Below are positions 1 through 8,843 of a DNA stretch of 64,000 nucleotides, one piece after another; the first letter of the stretch is position 1; every line of letters starts with the position of its first letter. Location: positions 194,505 to 258,504 of the forward strand of contig CAVWFR010000011.1 in the NCBI GenBank assembly GCA_963754305.1. Reading direction: 5' to 3'. This DNA comes from an uncultured beta proteobacterium (lineage in GTDB: Bacteria > Pseudomonadota > Gammaproteobacteria > Burkholderiales > SG8-39). The translations under genes and the position numbers were made by a program. The notes under the pieces were generated by a model. That model worked only from the letters and a program-made list of their open reading frames with translations. It was not told where the DNA came from and did not search any database.

Positions 1-55
1 CACACCTTCGTTGCAGCGACAGGCGCTGGACGATCGGTACGGATGTCCTGCCCCG

Positions 56-352
56 ATGCATCGCATCTGCTACCCGCTCGCCCGCGTCTATCGCGATCCC
101 GACGAGGACGAGGGGGAGAACGACGACGGCGAGGACGAGGAGGAGGACGATGAGGAGGAGGATGACGACGCCGACGAAGATGTTCTCCGCGTCGCGCCTC
201 CTGCCGCCGGATCTTTCGCCAGTGAGCCCTCTGGCGACTGCAGGGCGCCAGTCGGCAGGTACTCGCGCTGGTTCGAAGCGGGCGTCGAGCACGCGGGGCC
301 ATGGAGCATGCCGTTCCGGACGTGTCGGTCAAGATGCTCGACGATGAGTTGA
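56..352 (+). CDS. Hypothetical small protein with an Asp/Glu-rich low-complexity tract
   Basis: ATG at 56 within ORF 11..352; run DPDEDEGENDDGEDEEEDDEEEDDDADED; no family motif recognised. Confidence 0.35.
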   Translation: MHRICYPLARVYRDPDEDEGENDDGEDEEEDDEEEDDDADEDVLRVAPPAAGSFASEPSGDCRAPVGRYSRWFEAGVEHAGPWSMPFRTCRSRCSTMS

Positions 353-390
353 AGGCCCGCCGCTAGCGCGAGACGGCGGTCAGGCGCAGC

Positions 391-594
391 ATGGGAGCCG
401 TTCAGACCGGAGGAGGTCCACCCGGCAAGATCACGCTGCCGGTCTTCGAGTTGCGGGGCGGGGGCAAGACCGTGAAGACCGCTGGCCTGGGGTTCGATCT
501 CGCGCAGGAGGGGGATGCGGTGGCGCGGCCGGCGCCGGCGCTCGGAGCGGACAATCAGGCGCTCGTTCGCGCAGGTGAAGCGCTCGCGCGGTAG
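391..594 (+). pseudogene. Probable C-terminal relic of a CaiB/BaiF (family III) CoA-transferase
   Basis: ...KTVKTAGLGFDL...ARPAPALGADNQAL resembles the conserved PAPxLGxH/DN C-terminus; only 67 aa, rest absent. Confidence 0.45.
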
Positions 595-660
595 CTTCTG
601 CCGCCGCGAGCTAGCGCCCGGGCACGGCCCTCGGGCCCGCGCTTTCGCCGGGGTGATCAG

Positions 661-2037
661 TCATAGCCCCACTGCCTCGGCCACCAGCCGCGCCAGATCC
701 GCGCGCAACTCGCGCTTGATCTCCGCGTAGCGCGGATCGCCGATCCGGTTCGCAAGCTCGTACGGATCGTCCTCCAGGTCGTACAGCTCGTCCACGTCCT
801 CGCGGTTCACCCAGTGGATGAGCTTGTGGCGCTCGGTGCGCACGCACTTGTAGGTCATGCCGATCAGCCATGGCAGCGCGTTCTCGGTGAAGTACTCCGC
901 CAGGAACGACCGGCGCCAGCCCGCCGTCTCGCCGGCGAGGAGCGGCGCGAGCGAGCGGCCCTGGATCTGAGCGCCGGGCGTTCCGCCCGCGAGGTCGATG
1001 AGGGTCGGCGCGATGTCGAGCGCCAGCACGAGCTCGCTCGCCTCGGTGCCGGCTTTCGCGAGCGGCGGATAGCGCAGCACGAACGGCGCGCGGATCCCCT
1101 CCTCGTACGCGAACCGCCGTTCCGGGCCGAGAGCGTGCTCGCCGAAGAAGTAGCCGTTGTCCCCGAGAAAGAGGATGAACGTGCGGTCGAGCTGCCCGGT
1201 GCGCTCGAGCGCGTCGAAGAGCAGGCCGACGCCTTCGTCGACCGAAGCCATCATCGCCGCCCGGAGGCGAATCTCCTCCTGCGTGCCGGCGTGGATCGAT
1301 TTCAGCACCGCCTGCGATTTCTCGCCGCGCTTGATGCCGAAAGCTTCCGCCCAGGCCGGCTTCGACTTCACCACTTCCTCCGGCGCAAGCATGTTCGGCC
1401 GGCGCGGGAACTCGGCGCCCCGGTAGAGATCGGCGTGGCGCGGCGCCGGCTTGTAGCCGCCCTGCCGGGTGAGGTCGAGCGTCCCGTCGGGCGCCTGATA
1501 GGCGTCCGGATGCACGGCCTTGTGCGCGAGGAAGAGGCTCCACGGGCGATCATGCTTCGACTCGACGAAGCCGACCGCGCGTTCGTTCAGCAGATCGGTG
1601 ATGTAGCCGTTGTGCTGCCGGTAGACGCCGTTCTCGTTCAGCTTCGGGTCGAAGAGGCTGCCGTGCCCGTCGAAGCTCACCCAGAGGTCGTAGCCCGGAC
1701 GCGGCGTGCCGTCGTTGCCCATGTGCCACTTGCCGATATGCGCCGTCTCGTAGCCGAGCGCCTGCAGCGCGACGTGGTAGTTCGGCAGCCGATGGCTGAG
1801 CGCGTCGCGCGCGACGTTGTCGATGATGCCGTGCCGGCTCGCGTACTGGCCGGTGAGGATGCTCGCGCGGTTCGGCGAGCAGAGCGGCGTAGTGTGGAAC
1901 GCGCGCAGGCAATTCGCGCCCTCGTGCGCGATGCGATCCACGTTGGGCGTCTTCATGTACGGGTGCCCGCCCGCGCCGAACTCGTCGAAGCGCAGGTCGT
2001 CGATCAGGATGACGATGAAGTTGGGGCGTTCGGCCAT
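661..2037 (-). CDS. Sulfatase (formylglycine-dependent, Cys-type)
   Basis: Start MAERPNFIVILIDD with GGAGG RBS; CSPNR (CxPxR) motif, GKWH, DNG. Confidence 0.93.
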   Translation of the reverse strand: MAERPNFIVILIDDLRFDEFGAGGHPYMKTPNVDRIAHEGANCLRAFHTTPLCSPNRASILTGQYASRHGIIDNVARDALSHRLPNYHVALQALGYETAHIGKWHMGNDGTPRPGYDLWVSFDGHGSLFDPKLNENGVYRQHNGYITDLLNERAVGFVESKHDRPWSLFLAHKAVHPDAYQAPDGTLDLTRQGGYKPAPRHADLYRGAEFPRRPNMLAPEEVVKSKPAWAEAFGIKRGEKSQAVLKSIHAGTQEEIRLRAAMMASVDEGVGLLFDALERTGQLDRTFILFLGDNGYFFGEHALGPERRFAYEEGIRAPFVLRYPPLAKAGTEASELVLALDIAPTLIDLAGGTPGAQIQGRSLAPLLAGETAGWRRSFLAEYFTENALPWLIGMTYKCVRTERHKLIHWVNREDVDELYDLEDDPYELANRIGDPRYAEIKRELRADLARLVAEAVGL

Positions 2038-2060
2038 CTTGCCTCCGCGATTCGTACGCT

Positions 2061-2129
2061 GCGCGGAGGCACCGCCCCTCGCACTCCCCGAGCCGGCGAA
2101 AGCCGCCGCCGCAGCGGCGATTCTTCTAG
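2061..2129. repeat. Dispersed double-hairpin repeat (family A), degenerate copy
   Basis: cccctcgcactccccgagcc...gccgccgcagcggcgattcttctag aligns by eye with copies at 2783, 27254, 45851. Confidence 0.5.
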
Positions 2130-2183
2130 GGGGGTCGACGGAGATGGTAGCCGCAAGTCCACGGTTCATGCTGAAATCGCGGC

Positions 2184-2786
2184 ATGGACGCCGTTCTCTT
2201 CGATCTCGGCAAGGTGCTGCTCGACTACAACCCGCGCTATTACTACGAGCGCTTCTTCGCCGGCGACGAGCTTGCGCTCGATCGCTTTCTCGCCGAAGTG
2301 GTTCCGGGAGATTGGGTGCTCGAGATGGATCGCGGCACGCCGATGGACGAGGCGATCGCGACGCGCCAGCAGCGGTTCCCGGAGCACGCCCCGCTGATCG
2401 CGCGCTGGAAAGAAGGCTGGCCGCACATGGTGCGCGCGGAGATTCTCGGCACGGTCGCGGTGCTCGACGAGCTCCGGCAGCGCGGACGCCGGCTCTATGC
2501 GCTCACCAACTTCTCGCACGAGACCTGGCCGGTCGCGCGCGCGCGGTTCGAGTTTCTCGGCTGGTTCGAGGACGTCGTGGTATCGGGGGAGGTCGGCCTC
2601 GTGAAGCCCGATCCGCGGATCTACCGGCTCGCGATCGACCGGTGCCGGCTGGAGCCGGCGCGCACCGTGTTCGTAGACGATCTACTGGCTAACGTCGAGG
2701 CGGCGAGCGCCGAGGGCCTGCACGGGCTGCACTTCTCGACCCCCGAGCGGCTGCGCGCGGACCTGGCTGCGCTCGGGCTGCTCTAG
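2184..2786 (+). CDS. HAD-family phosphatase
   Basis: FDLGKVL motif I, LTN, KP, FVDD. Confidence 0.92.
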   Translation: MDAVLFDLGKVLLDYNPRYYYERFFAGDELALDRFLAEVVPGDWVLEMDRGTPMDEAIATRQQRFPEHAPLIARWKEGWPHMVRAEILGTVAVLDELRQRGRRLYALTNFSHETWPVARARFEFLGWFEDVVVSGEVGLVKPDPRIYRLAIDRCRLEPARTVFVDDLLANVEAASAEGLHGLHFSTPERLRADLAALGLL

Positions 2787-2875
2787 TCTTCAAGATACGA
2801 GGGGGCACGGCCTGGCACCCCCTTCGTGCTCCCCGAGCCCCAGGAGCATCGCCGCCAAAGCGGCGGTTTCCCCCT
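2783..2875. repeat. Dispersed double-hairpin repeat (family A)
   Basis: ctagtctt..tacgagggggcacg..cccccttcg..atcgccgccaaagcggcggtt; begins at the CTAG containing the HAD stop codon. Confidence 0.65.
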
Positions 2876-2876
2876 T

Positions 2877-3284
2877 TCAGGCACCCCTCGCCTTCTCCTC
2901 CATACGCCGGTCGAACCGCTCGACGTTGACGACAACGCGCTCGTGCGTGCCTTCGCTGATCGCCTCGCGCTCGTCGCGCGCCGACACCCGGAATCTGAGC
3001 GTCCTGCCCTCGACGGCGATCAGCTCCGCCTCCGCGTGCACCTTCATCCCGACCGGCGTCGCGGCGAAATGACGGACATCGAGGTGGACGCCGAGCGATT
3101 GGTGCCCCAGCGGGAGGAGATTCTCGACGGCGGCGAGCGCCGCCGCCTCCAGCAGATTGATCACGACCGGCGTCGCGAGCACCAGTACGCGCCCGCTCCC
3201 GACATGCGGGGCGGTGTGCTCGGCGGCAACGACGAGATCGACCTGCCCGGTGAGCCCGGGCGAGAGTTGAGACGAGAGATCCAT
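2877..3284 (-). CDS. Hotdog-fold thioesterase, fluoroacetyl-CoA thioesterase (FlK)-like
   Basis: LATP..LLEAAA..GVHLDVRH..GTHER: Thr-Glu-His triad pattern of FlK. Confidence 0.88.
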   Translation of the reverse strand: MDLSSQLSPGLTGQVDLVVAAEHTAPHVGSGRVLVLATPVVINLLEAAALAAVENLLPLGHQSLGVHLDVRHFAATPVGMKVHAEAELIAVEGRTLRFRVSARDEREAISEGTHERVVVNVERFDRRMEEKARGA

Positions 3285-3495
3285 GTTTGCTCCGCGGCCC
3301 ATCGCAGCAGCGCGACGCCGAGCCTCGTCATTCTGCATGGAGTAACGACCCTGCGTCGACGGCGCGCGTCTGCCCGACCGGTCACGGTCGCGCCCTGGTT
3401 TCAGCGCGCCCGCAGCGGGGCGTCCGGCGAGGCGATGCCCGCGTTGCGCCGCAATTTGCTAGTCTTCCGTCGACGATTCTCCCGAGGTGAACCGC

Positions 3496-3912
3496 ATGAG
3501 AGCCACCCTCGCCGCCGGACTCGCTACCCGCCGCAACCTCGTGGTCGACGAATCGCGCGTGATCGGCTTCATGGGCGACGACTGTCGCGTGTACGCGACG
3601 CCGCGGATCATCAGCGACATCGAGTACGCCTGCCGCAACTTGCTCCTCGGGCATCTCGAGGCGGGCGAAGACTCGGTCGGGACGAAGGTGAACGTCGAGC
3701 ACGTCGGCCCGGCGCTCCTGGGCGCCGAGGTGTCGATCGACATCCGCGTGATCCACGTCGACGGCCGCCGCGTGACGTTCGAGGCGACGGTGAAGGACGG
3801 CGCCGACGAGGTGTTGCGCGGCACGCACGAGCGCTTCGTAGTGGCGGTGGAGAAGGTCCGCGAGCGGCTGCTCAGGAAGAAGGCGCAGCAGGCGCAGCAA
3901 CAACAGCAGTAG
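3496..3912 (+). CDS. Second FlK-like thioesterase
   Basis: YATP..DIEYAC..GTKVNVEH..GTHER; GAGG RBS upstream (alternative GTG start at 3487). Confidence 0.85.
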   Translation: MRATLAAGLATRRNLVVDESRVIGFMGDDCRVYATPRIISDIEYACRNLLLGHLEAGEDSVGTKVNVEHVGPALLGAEVSIDIRVIHVDGRRVTFEATVKDGADEVLRGTHERFVVAVEKVRERLLRKKAQQAQQQQQ

Positions 3913-3926
3913 GAGCGTCTTTCCGG

Positions 3927-5024
3927 ATGACCGAGCCGACATCGCCCGACCGCTTGCTGCCGGCTGCGCCACAGCTGCCTGTGGCGTGGTACTTCGATCC
4001 GGAGATCTTCGCGCGCGAGCAGGCCGCGCTCTTCGACAACGGTCCCGGGTACGTCGGGCACGAGCTGATGGTGCCGAAGGAGGGCGACTACATCACCCTC
4101 GAAGCGAGCCGGCACGCCCACGCGCTGGTGCGCAGCGACCGCGGCGTGAACGTGCTCGGCAACGTCTGCCGTCATCGCCAAAGCATGCTGCTCGAGGGCC
4201 GCGGAAAGATCCGCAACATCGTCTGCCCGCTGCACCGCTGGACCTACGATCTGAACGGCAAACTGCTCGGCGCACCGGAGTTCGCGACGACGCCGGACAT
4301 GCCGCTTCCCTGCGCTCTGCCGCGCTCCTGGCACGGCCTGCTCTTCGCGGGCGAGCGCGACGTTGCGGCGGACCTGGCCGATTTCAGCCTCGCCGCCGAC
4401 TACGACTTCTCGGGCTACGTCTTCGACCGGATCGTGGTCGACGAATGCGCGTTCAACTGGAAGACGTTCTTGGAGATCTATCTCGAGCTGTATCACGTGC
4501 AGCCGTTCCACCCCGGACTGCAGGAGTTCGTCGACGCCGGCAACTACAAATGGGGCTTCGGCGAGCGCTGGTCCTACCAGATTCTCGGCATCAAGGACGA
4601 GTGGCGCCACCAGGTGTCGCCGAACTACACGCGCTATCGGGACGCGATCCTCGCTTACAGCGGCGGCGAGTTTCCGAAGTACGGCACGGTGTGGTCGATC
4701 TACTACCCCAACGTGATGCTCGAGTGGTATCCCTACTCGCTCGTCGTCAGCACGCTGATCCCGCGCTCGCCGGAGCACACCACGAACGTGCTCGAGTTCT
4801 ACTACCCGGAGGAGATCGCGCTCTTCGAGCGCGGGCTGGTGGAGGCGCATCAAGCCTCGTACGCGGAGGCGGCCGCCGAGGACGCGCAGATCTGCACCCG
4901 GCTCCACCGCGGCCGCAAAGCGCTACACGCGCTGGGGCAGGACGATCGCGGCCCCTATCATTCGCCGCACGAGGACGGAATGGTGCACTTTCACGAGTTC
5001 CTGCGGCGGGAGCTGGAGACGTAA
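3927..5024 (+). CDS. Rieske non-heme iron oxygenase alpha subunit (putrescine 2-hydroxylase-like betaproteobacterial family)
   Basis: AGGAG RBS; CRH..CPLH Rieske motif; NWKTFLEIYLELYHV..H mononuclear Fe site; C-terminal GPYHSPHEDGMVHFHE. Confidence 0.88.
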   Translation: MTEPTSPDRLLPAAPQLPVAWYFDPEIFAREQAALFDNGPGYVGHELMVPKEGDYITLEASRHAHALVRSDRGVNVLGNVCRHRQSMLLEGRGKIRNIVCPLHRWTYDLNGKLLGAPEFATTPDMPLPCALPRSWHGLLFAGERDVAADLADFSLAADYDFSGYVFDRIVVDECAFNWKTFLEIYLELYHVQPFHPGLQEFVDAGNYKWGFGERWSYQILGIKDEWRHQVSPNYTRYRDAILAYSGGEFPKYGTVWSIYYPNVMLEWYPYSLVVSTLIPRSPEHTTNVLEFYYPEEIALFERGLVEAHQASYAEAAAEDAQICTRLHRGRKALHALGQDDRGPYHSPHEDGMVHFHEFLRRELET

Positions 5025-5348
5025 GCGGCCGCGTATCTTGGCGCCGGGCGGCCGGGGCGGCGGCAACCGGCGCGGGCCGCGCGGGCTGCTCGCCGATCAT
5101 CACCGTATTGCTCGTTCCGTCCACGACGGACGATCGCTGCGGCACGACCGGTACGGGGAGCTGCAGCGCCGAAGGCGCACGGTGCACCGCGCGAGGGTTC
5201 TTCGACTCGCCCGGAACCCCTTCGATCTTGAGAAAGGGATAGAAAATGCCCGTGGCGCGGCCCGCGCCTGCGGACAGCCTCCGCGGCCCGGCGTCCGTCG
5301 CCGGTGTTGCGCTGCCGGGCACCCCGCTGATCAAGACCTCCCTCAGAA

Positions 5349-6263
5349 CTACTTCCGGCCGGCCTTCCGCCGCAGGTACAGGTTGTTCGCCGCCAGGGCA
5401 CCGATTACGAGCCCGGCGCCCGCGAGCTCGACGGGCTCGAAGCGCCGGCCCTGCGCATACCCGATCGCGAACACGATGACGGGCATCAGGTTGAGCATCA
5501 GCATCGCGTTGAGCGCGCCGATGCGTTTGGTGCCGGCATTCCAGCAGATCATCGAGAGGAGCACGCCGAAGAGCGCGAGAAACGCGAGCTCCAGGCCGAC
5601 CGCCCGGAGGTCCACCAGGCTCGGCACCCGCGCGAGGCCGAACGGCACCAGTGCCGCGGCCACGATGAGGAGCCCGATCGAGCCGGGGATGAGCGTGAGC
5701 AGCGTGAACTTGAGCGCGGACCAGCCCCGGAAGCTCTCGGTCCCCATGGTGTAAACGACCCAACACGCGGCGCCGGCTAGCACCAGCGCATCGCCGACGA
5801 TCTCGCCTCTCCCGAGCGCGAGCGCGAGGCTGCCCTTGGTGACGACGAGCACCACGCCGGCGAACGCGGTCGCGATGCATCCGAGGGTGAACCGCGACGG
5901 CCGCCGGCCGTGTAGCCACCAGTCGGCGATCGCGGTAATCGAGGGCTGCAGCGAGACGATGATCGCCGCGTGCTCGGGGCGCGTGATCGCGAGCCCGGCG
6001 AACACGAGCGCCGGCGACCCTGTCATCCCCACGAGGCCGACCACGGCCGCCGGCCACCCGCGGCCGTAGTAGCGGAACGCAGCGCGCCCGTCGCGCCATG
6101 CCATCCCCGCCGCGAGGAGCAAGGTCGCCACGCCATAGCGGATCGCCGACACGTGGAACGGGTCGACGCTCGCGAACGCCGCCTTGGCAACCGGGAACTG
6201 CGCGCCCCAGATGACGACCGCCGCGAACGCGAGCGCGGCCCCGGAAGCGAGCGGTTGTTGCAT
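5349..6263 (-). CDS. DMT/EamA family transporter
   Basis: IWG..F, ~10 hydrophobic segments, GD.L.L..A.CW..Y, NLMPV. Confidence 0.9.
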   Translation of the reverse strand: MQQPLASGAALAFAAVVIWGAQFPVAKAAFASVDPFHVSAIRYGVATLLLAAGMAWRDGRAAFRYYGRGWPAAVVGLVGMTGSPALVFAGLAITRPEHAAIIVSLQPSITAIADWWLHGRRPSRFTLGCIATAFAGVVLVVTKGSLALALGRGEIVGDALVLAGAACWVVYTMGTESFRGWSALKFTLLTLIPGSIGLLIVAAALVPFGLARVPSLVDLRAVGLELAFLALFGVLLSMICWNAGTKRIGALNAMLMLNLMPVIVFAIGYAQGRRFEPVELAGAGLVIGALAANNLYLRRKAGRK

Positions 6264-6312
6264 CGAGTGGATTCGTCGGACCGGCGGAGACTACACGACC
6301 TCGAGCAGCCTT

Positions 6313-6340
6313 CGTCATGCCGGCGAAAGCCGGCATCCAG
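6313..6340. repeat. REP-like palindrome (cgtcatgccggcgaaagccggcatccag)
   Basis: Stem atgccggc-gaaa-gccggcat; same family as 12715-12770. Confidence 0.6.
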
Positions 6341-6398
6341 CGGGCGTCGACCTAATTAGTGCACTGGGCCGCGGCTTTCGCCGCGCCGGCGAGGGACG

Positions 6399-7421
6399 CT
6401 AGAGCTTGCGTGCGACGACCTGGTCGCGCCCGCCCCTGACCGCTTCGGCGAGGGCTTCGTCGGCGCGGCGAACGAGGCTGTCTGGGGTCCACTCGGCGGT
6501 GTCGTCGCTCGCCGCGACGCCTAAGGTCATGGTCAGCGTGAGCTGTCCCGCGCCGACCTTGACCGGCGTCTTGCGAATACGGTGGCGCATCCGCTCGGCG
6601 AGCGCGCCGGCGTTCTCGAGATCGCAGCGCGGGAGGAAGACCAGGAACTCGTCCGGTCCGAAGCGCGCCACCGTGTCCGAGCGCCGCACGATGGTGCGGA
6701 TGCGGTTGGTGATCTCCAGCAGCACGGCGTCGCCGGCGCTTTTGCCATTTTCCTTGACCACGGTGTCGAACGCATCGATCTCGCCGAGGATGACGCCGAC
6801 GCCTTCCCGCTCCCGGCGCGCGCGGTGGAACTCGCGATCGAGCAGCTCGAACATCGCGTGGCGGTTCCAGAGCTGCGTGCCGGTATCGATCAGCGCGCGC
6901 TTGCGCAGACGCTCGCTCTGCTCGACGAGCTGCGCCTGCGCGCGGCCGAGCGTGACGAGCTTCAGCTCCGACTCGACCAACCGCGCGAGATCGCGCAGCA
7001 GGATGAGGTCGCCTTCGGCGAGCGCGTTCGGCATCCGGTCGCACACGCCGAGGACGCCGGCGACCGAGCCGTCGGGGGCGACCACGAGCGCGCCGGCGTA
7101 GAACCGCACCTGCAGCCGGCCGGTCACCCAAGGGTGATCCTGGAAGCGGTGGTCGCCCAGCGTGTCGTTGACGAGGAGCGGCCCGGCCTGATCGAGTGTC
7201 GCGGTGTCGAAGGCGACCTCGGTGCCGAGCACGGTCGACGGCACGCCCTGAGCGGCGAAGAGCTTGAGCTTCCCCTCCTTCATCAGCGACAGCGACACGA
7301 CCGGTACGCGGAAGAGGCGCCGCGCGAGGCGGGTGATGATGTCCAGCCGCTCGGCGAGCGCCGATGCCGGCGCGGTGTCTTGGTCGGAATGGGACGGTTG
7401 GTCCTGCGCCTCGGTCGTCAT
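6399..7421 (-). CDS. GAF + GGDEF-domain protein with a degenerate active site (GPDEF)
   Basis: N-terminal GAF (RFYAGA), D..T.L.NR, RRSD I-site, RFGPDEF, RADEAL..A...GRD. Confidence 0.88.
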   Translation of the reverse strand: MTTEAQDQPSHSDQDTAPASALAERLDIITRLARRLFRVPVVSLSLMKEGKLKLFAAQGVPSTVLGTEVAFDTATLDQAGPLLVNDTLGDHRFQDHPWVTGRLQVRFYAGALVVAPDGSVAGVLGVCDRMPNALAEGDLILLRDLARLVESELKLVTLGRAQAQLVEQSERLRKRALIDTGTQLWNRHAMFELLDREFHRARREREGVGVILGEIDAFDTVVKENGKSAGDAVLLEITNRIRTIVRRSDTVARFGPDEFLVFLPRCDLENAGALAERMRHRIRKTPVKVGAGQLTLTMTLGVAASDDTAEWTPDSLVRRADEALAEAVRGGRDQVVARKL

Positions 7422-7699
7422 GGTGGTTGCGGGGTGGCTCGCGAACCCACCCGGTGCCGGCGATGATGCGAGCTACAGACCAGAAAGTCCATCAAAAACC
7501 GCAGGATGTTGCGGGTTTTGTCGATCTTCCCTGGGGTTCGCCGCGCGGCCTGCGAAGCGCGGACGCTGGCCACCGCGGGAGATATTTCCCGCGTACCCTG
7601 CGGAACCCCGGCATGGCGGAGAAGGTCTACCCCTGAACGTCTCCCACCACCGCTGTCACACCACCGTAGAAGGCCCGCAGCAGAATCGGGCCGCTTCCG

Positions 7700-8467
7700 A
7701 TGCGAACCATCGACGACCTCGTCCGCGAACGGACGCCGCGCGCGGACGTTGCGTGCTTCGTGCGCCAGGAGCCGCTCGCGGCCTATCTCGCGCGGGCCGA
7801 CTACGTATCGGCCTCGACGCTCGCCCGCGCCGCGCGCACGGGCGATGTGCTGCGGGCCTCCCGGATCGAGAACGATCCCGCGCAGCGCCTGGCCCAGGCG
7901 CTCCACGCGCTGGTGCTCGAGCCGGCGCGGTTTGCGCTGGACTACTTCGTGCTCGATCGGGCCCCCGACGCCTCCCCGGCGTCGGGCGAGCCGGAGACGA
8001 CTGGGCAGCGGACCTGGCTCTCGAGCGCCGAGTACGCGGCGATCGCGGGTGCGCGCGAGGCGATCCGCGCGTATCCGCGCGCGTCGCTCGCGCGCAGCCT
8101 CGACGACGGCATGAAGGAGCTGTCGGTCTACTGGACCGACGAGTCCGGCCGCCGGTGGAAGGCGCGGCCCGACTGCTTCTCACCCGAGCTCGTGCTCGAG
8201 CTGAAGACCACCGGCGACGTGCGGCCGCGCGCGTTCGCGCGCACGCGCCGCCGCTTCGGCTACGACCTCAAAGCGGCGCACTATGTGGAGGCGGTGCGAC
8301 GGCTCACCGGCCGCACACCGCGCTTCGCCTTCGTCGCGATCGAGCTGACCGCGCCGCACTACGTATGGCTTTACGAGCTGTCCGCGGCGGAGCTCGGGCG
8401 CGGCGCCGCCGAGCTGGCCGCCGCGCGCGCGGCGTTGCCGCATCCCCGAGTCGCGTCGTCGAGGTGA
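7700..8467 (+). CDS. PD-(D/E)XK nuclease-like protein, RecE/exonuclease VIII C-terminal (DUF3799)-like
   Basis: LHALVLEP, E.SVYW, KARPD, VLELKTT, GY..KAAHY. Confidence 0.8.
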   Translation: MRTIDDLVRERTPRADVACFVRQEPLAAYLARADYVSASTLARAARTGDVLRASRIENDPAQRLAQALHALVLEPARFALDYFVLDRAPDASPASGEPETTGQRTWLSSAEYAAIAGAREAIRAYPRASLARSLDDGMKELSVYWTDESGRRWKARPDCFSPELVLELKTTGDVRPRAFARTRRRFGYDLKAAHYVEAVRRLTGRTPRFAFVAIELTAPHYVWLYELSAAELGRGAAELAAARAALPHPRVASSR

Positions 8468-8489
8468 TCGAGGCGTTCACGCGCGGTAG

Positions 8490-8681
8490 AATCCGCGCCG
8501 CTCCGCCGCGACGCGCGTCACCAGCCTGTTCTACCTGACGCCGGTCATCGCGGTCGCACTCGAGTTCCTGATGTTCGAGGTCGTCCCGACCGCCCTCAGT
8601 CTCGCCGGAATCGCGATCACTTGCCTCGGGGTGGCGCTCGTCGCCTGGCGGTCGCGCGACCCCGCCCACGCCGAGCCGTGA
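8490..8681 (+). pseudogene. 3' relic of a DMT/EamA transporter
   Basis: Frame reads AATRVTSLFYLTPVIAVALEFLMFEVVPTALSLAGIAITCLGVALVAWR..*; no start codon; directly follows a TAGAAT -10-like hexamer at 8487. Confidence 0.7.
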
Positions 8682-8843
8682 CAGATTGCCGCGGTCCGCG
8701 GTCTAAAACGATCGCCCGGCACGGCCCGCGCGCACGAAGCGTGGGCCGTTCGCGCTTCAGCCCCGCTCGCGCCGTAAGCGGCGCGTCGCCGCACGCGCGG
8801 TACAATCGCGGCCCGTTCCGAGCCCAAGTGTGAAGGAGGCCGC

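Noticed and set aside
2826-5024. 732-aa ORF as a long Rieske fusion
   Set aside because: The first 367 codons are shadow frame over the two thioesterases; real start with RBS is at 3927
5040-5360. A functional hcp gene or T6SS locus
   Set aside because: Only short scrambled motifs, no full Hcp, no other T6SS genes; kept only as a mosaic-relic finding
7421-8840. Prophage or integrative element around the RecE-like gene
   Set aside because: No integrase, recT, structural genes, tRNA or att repeats seen
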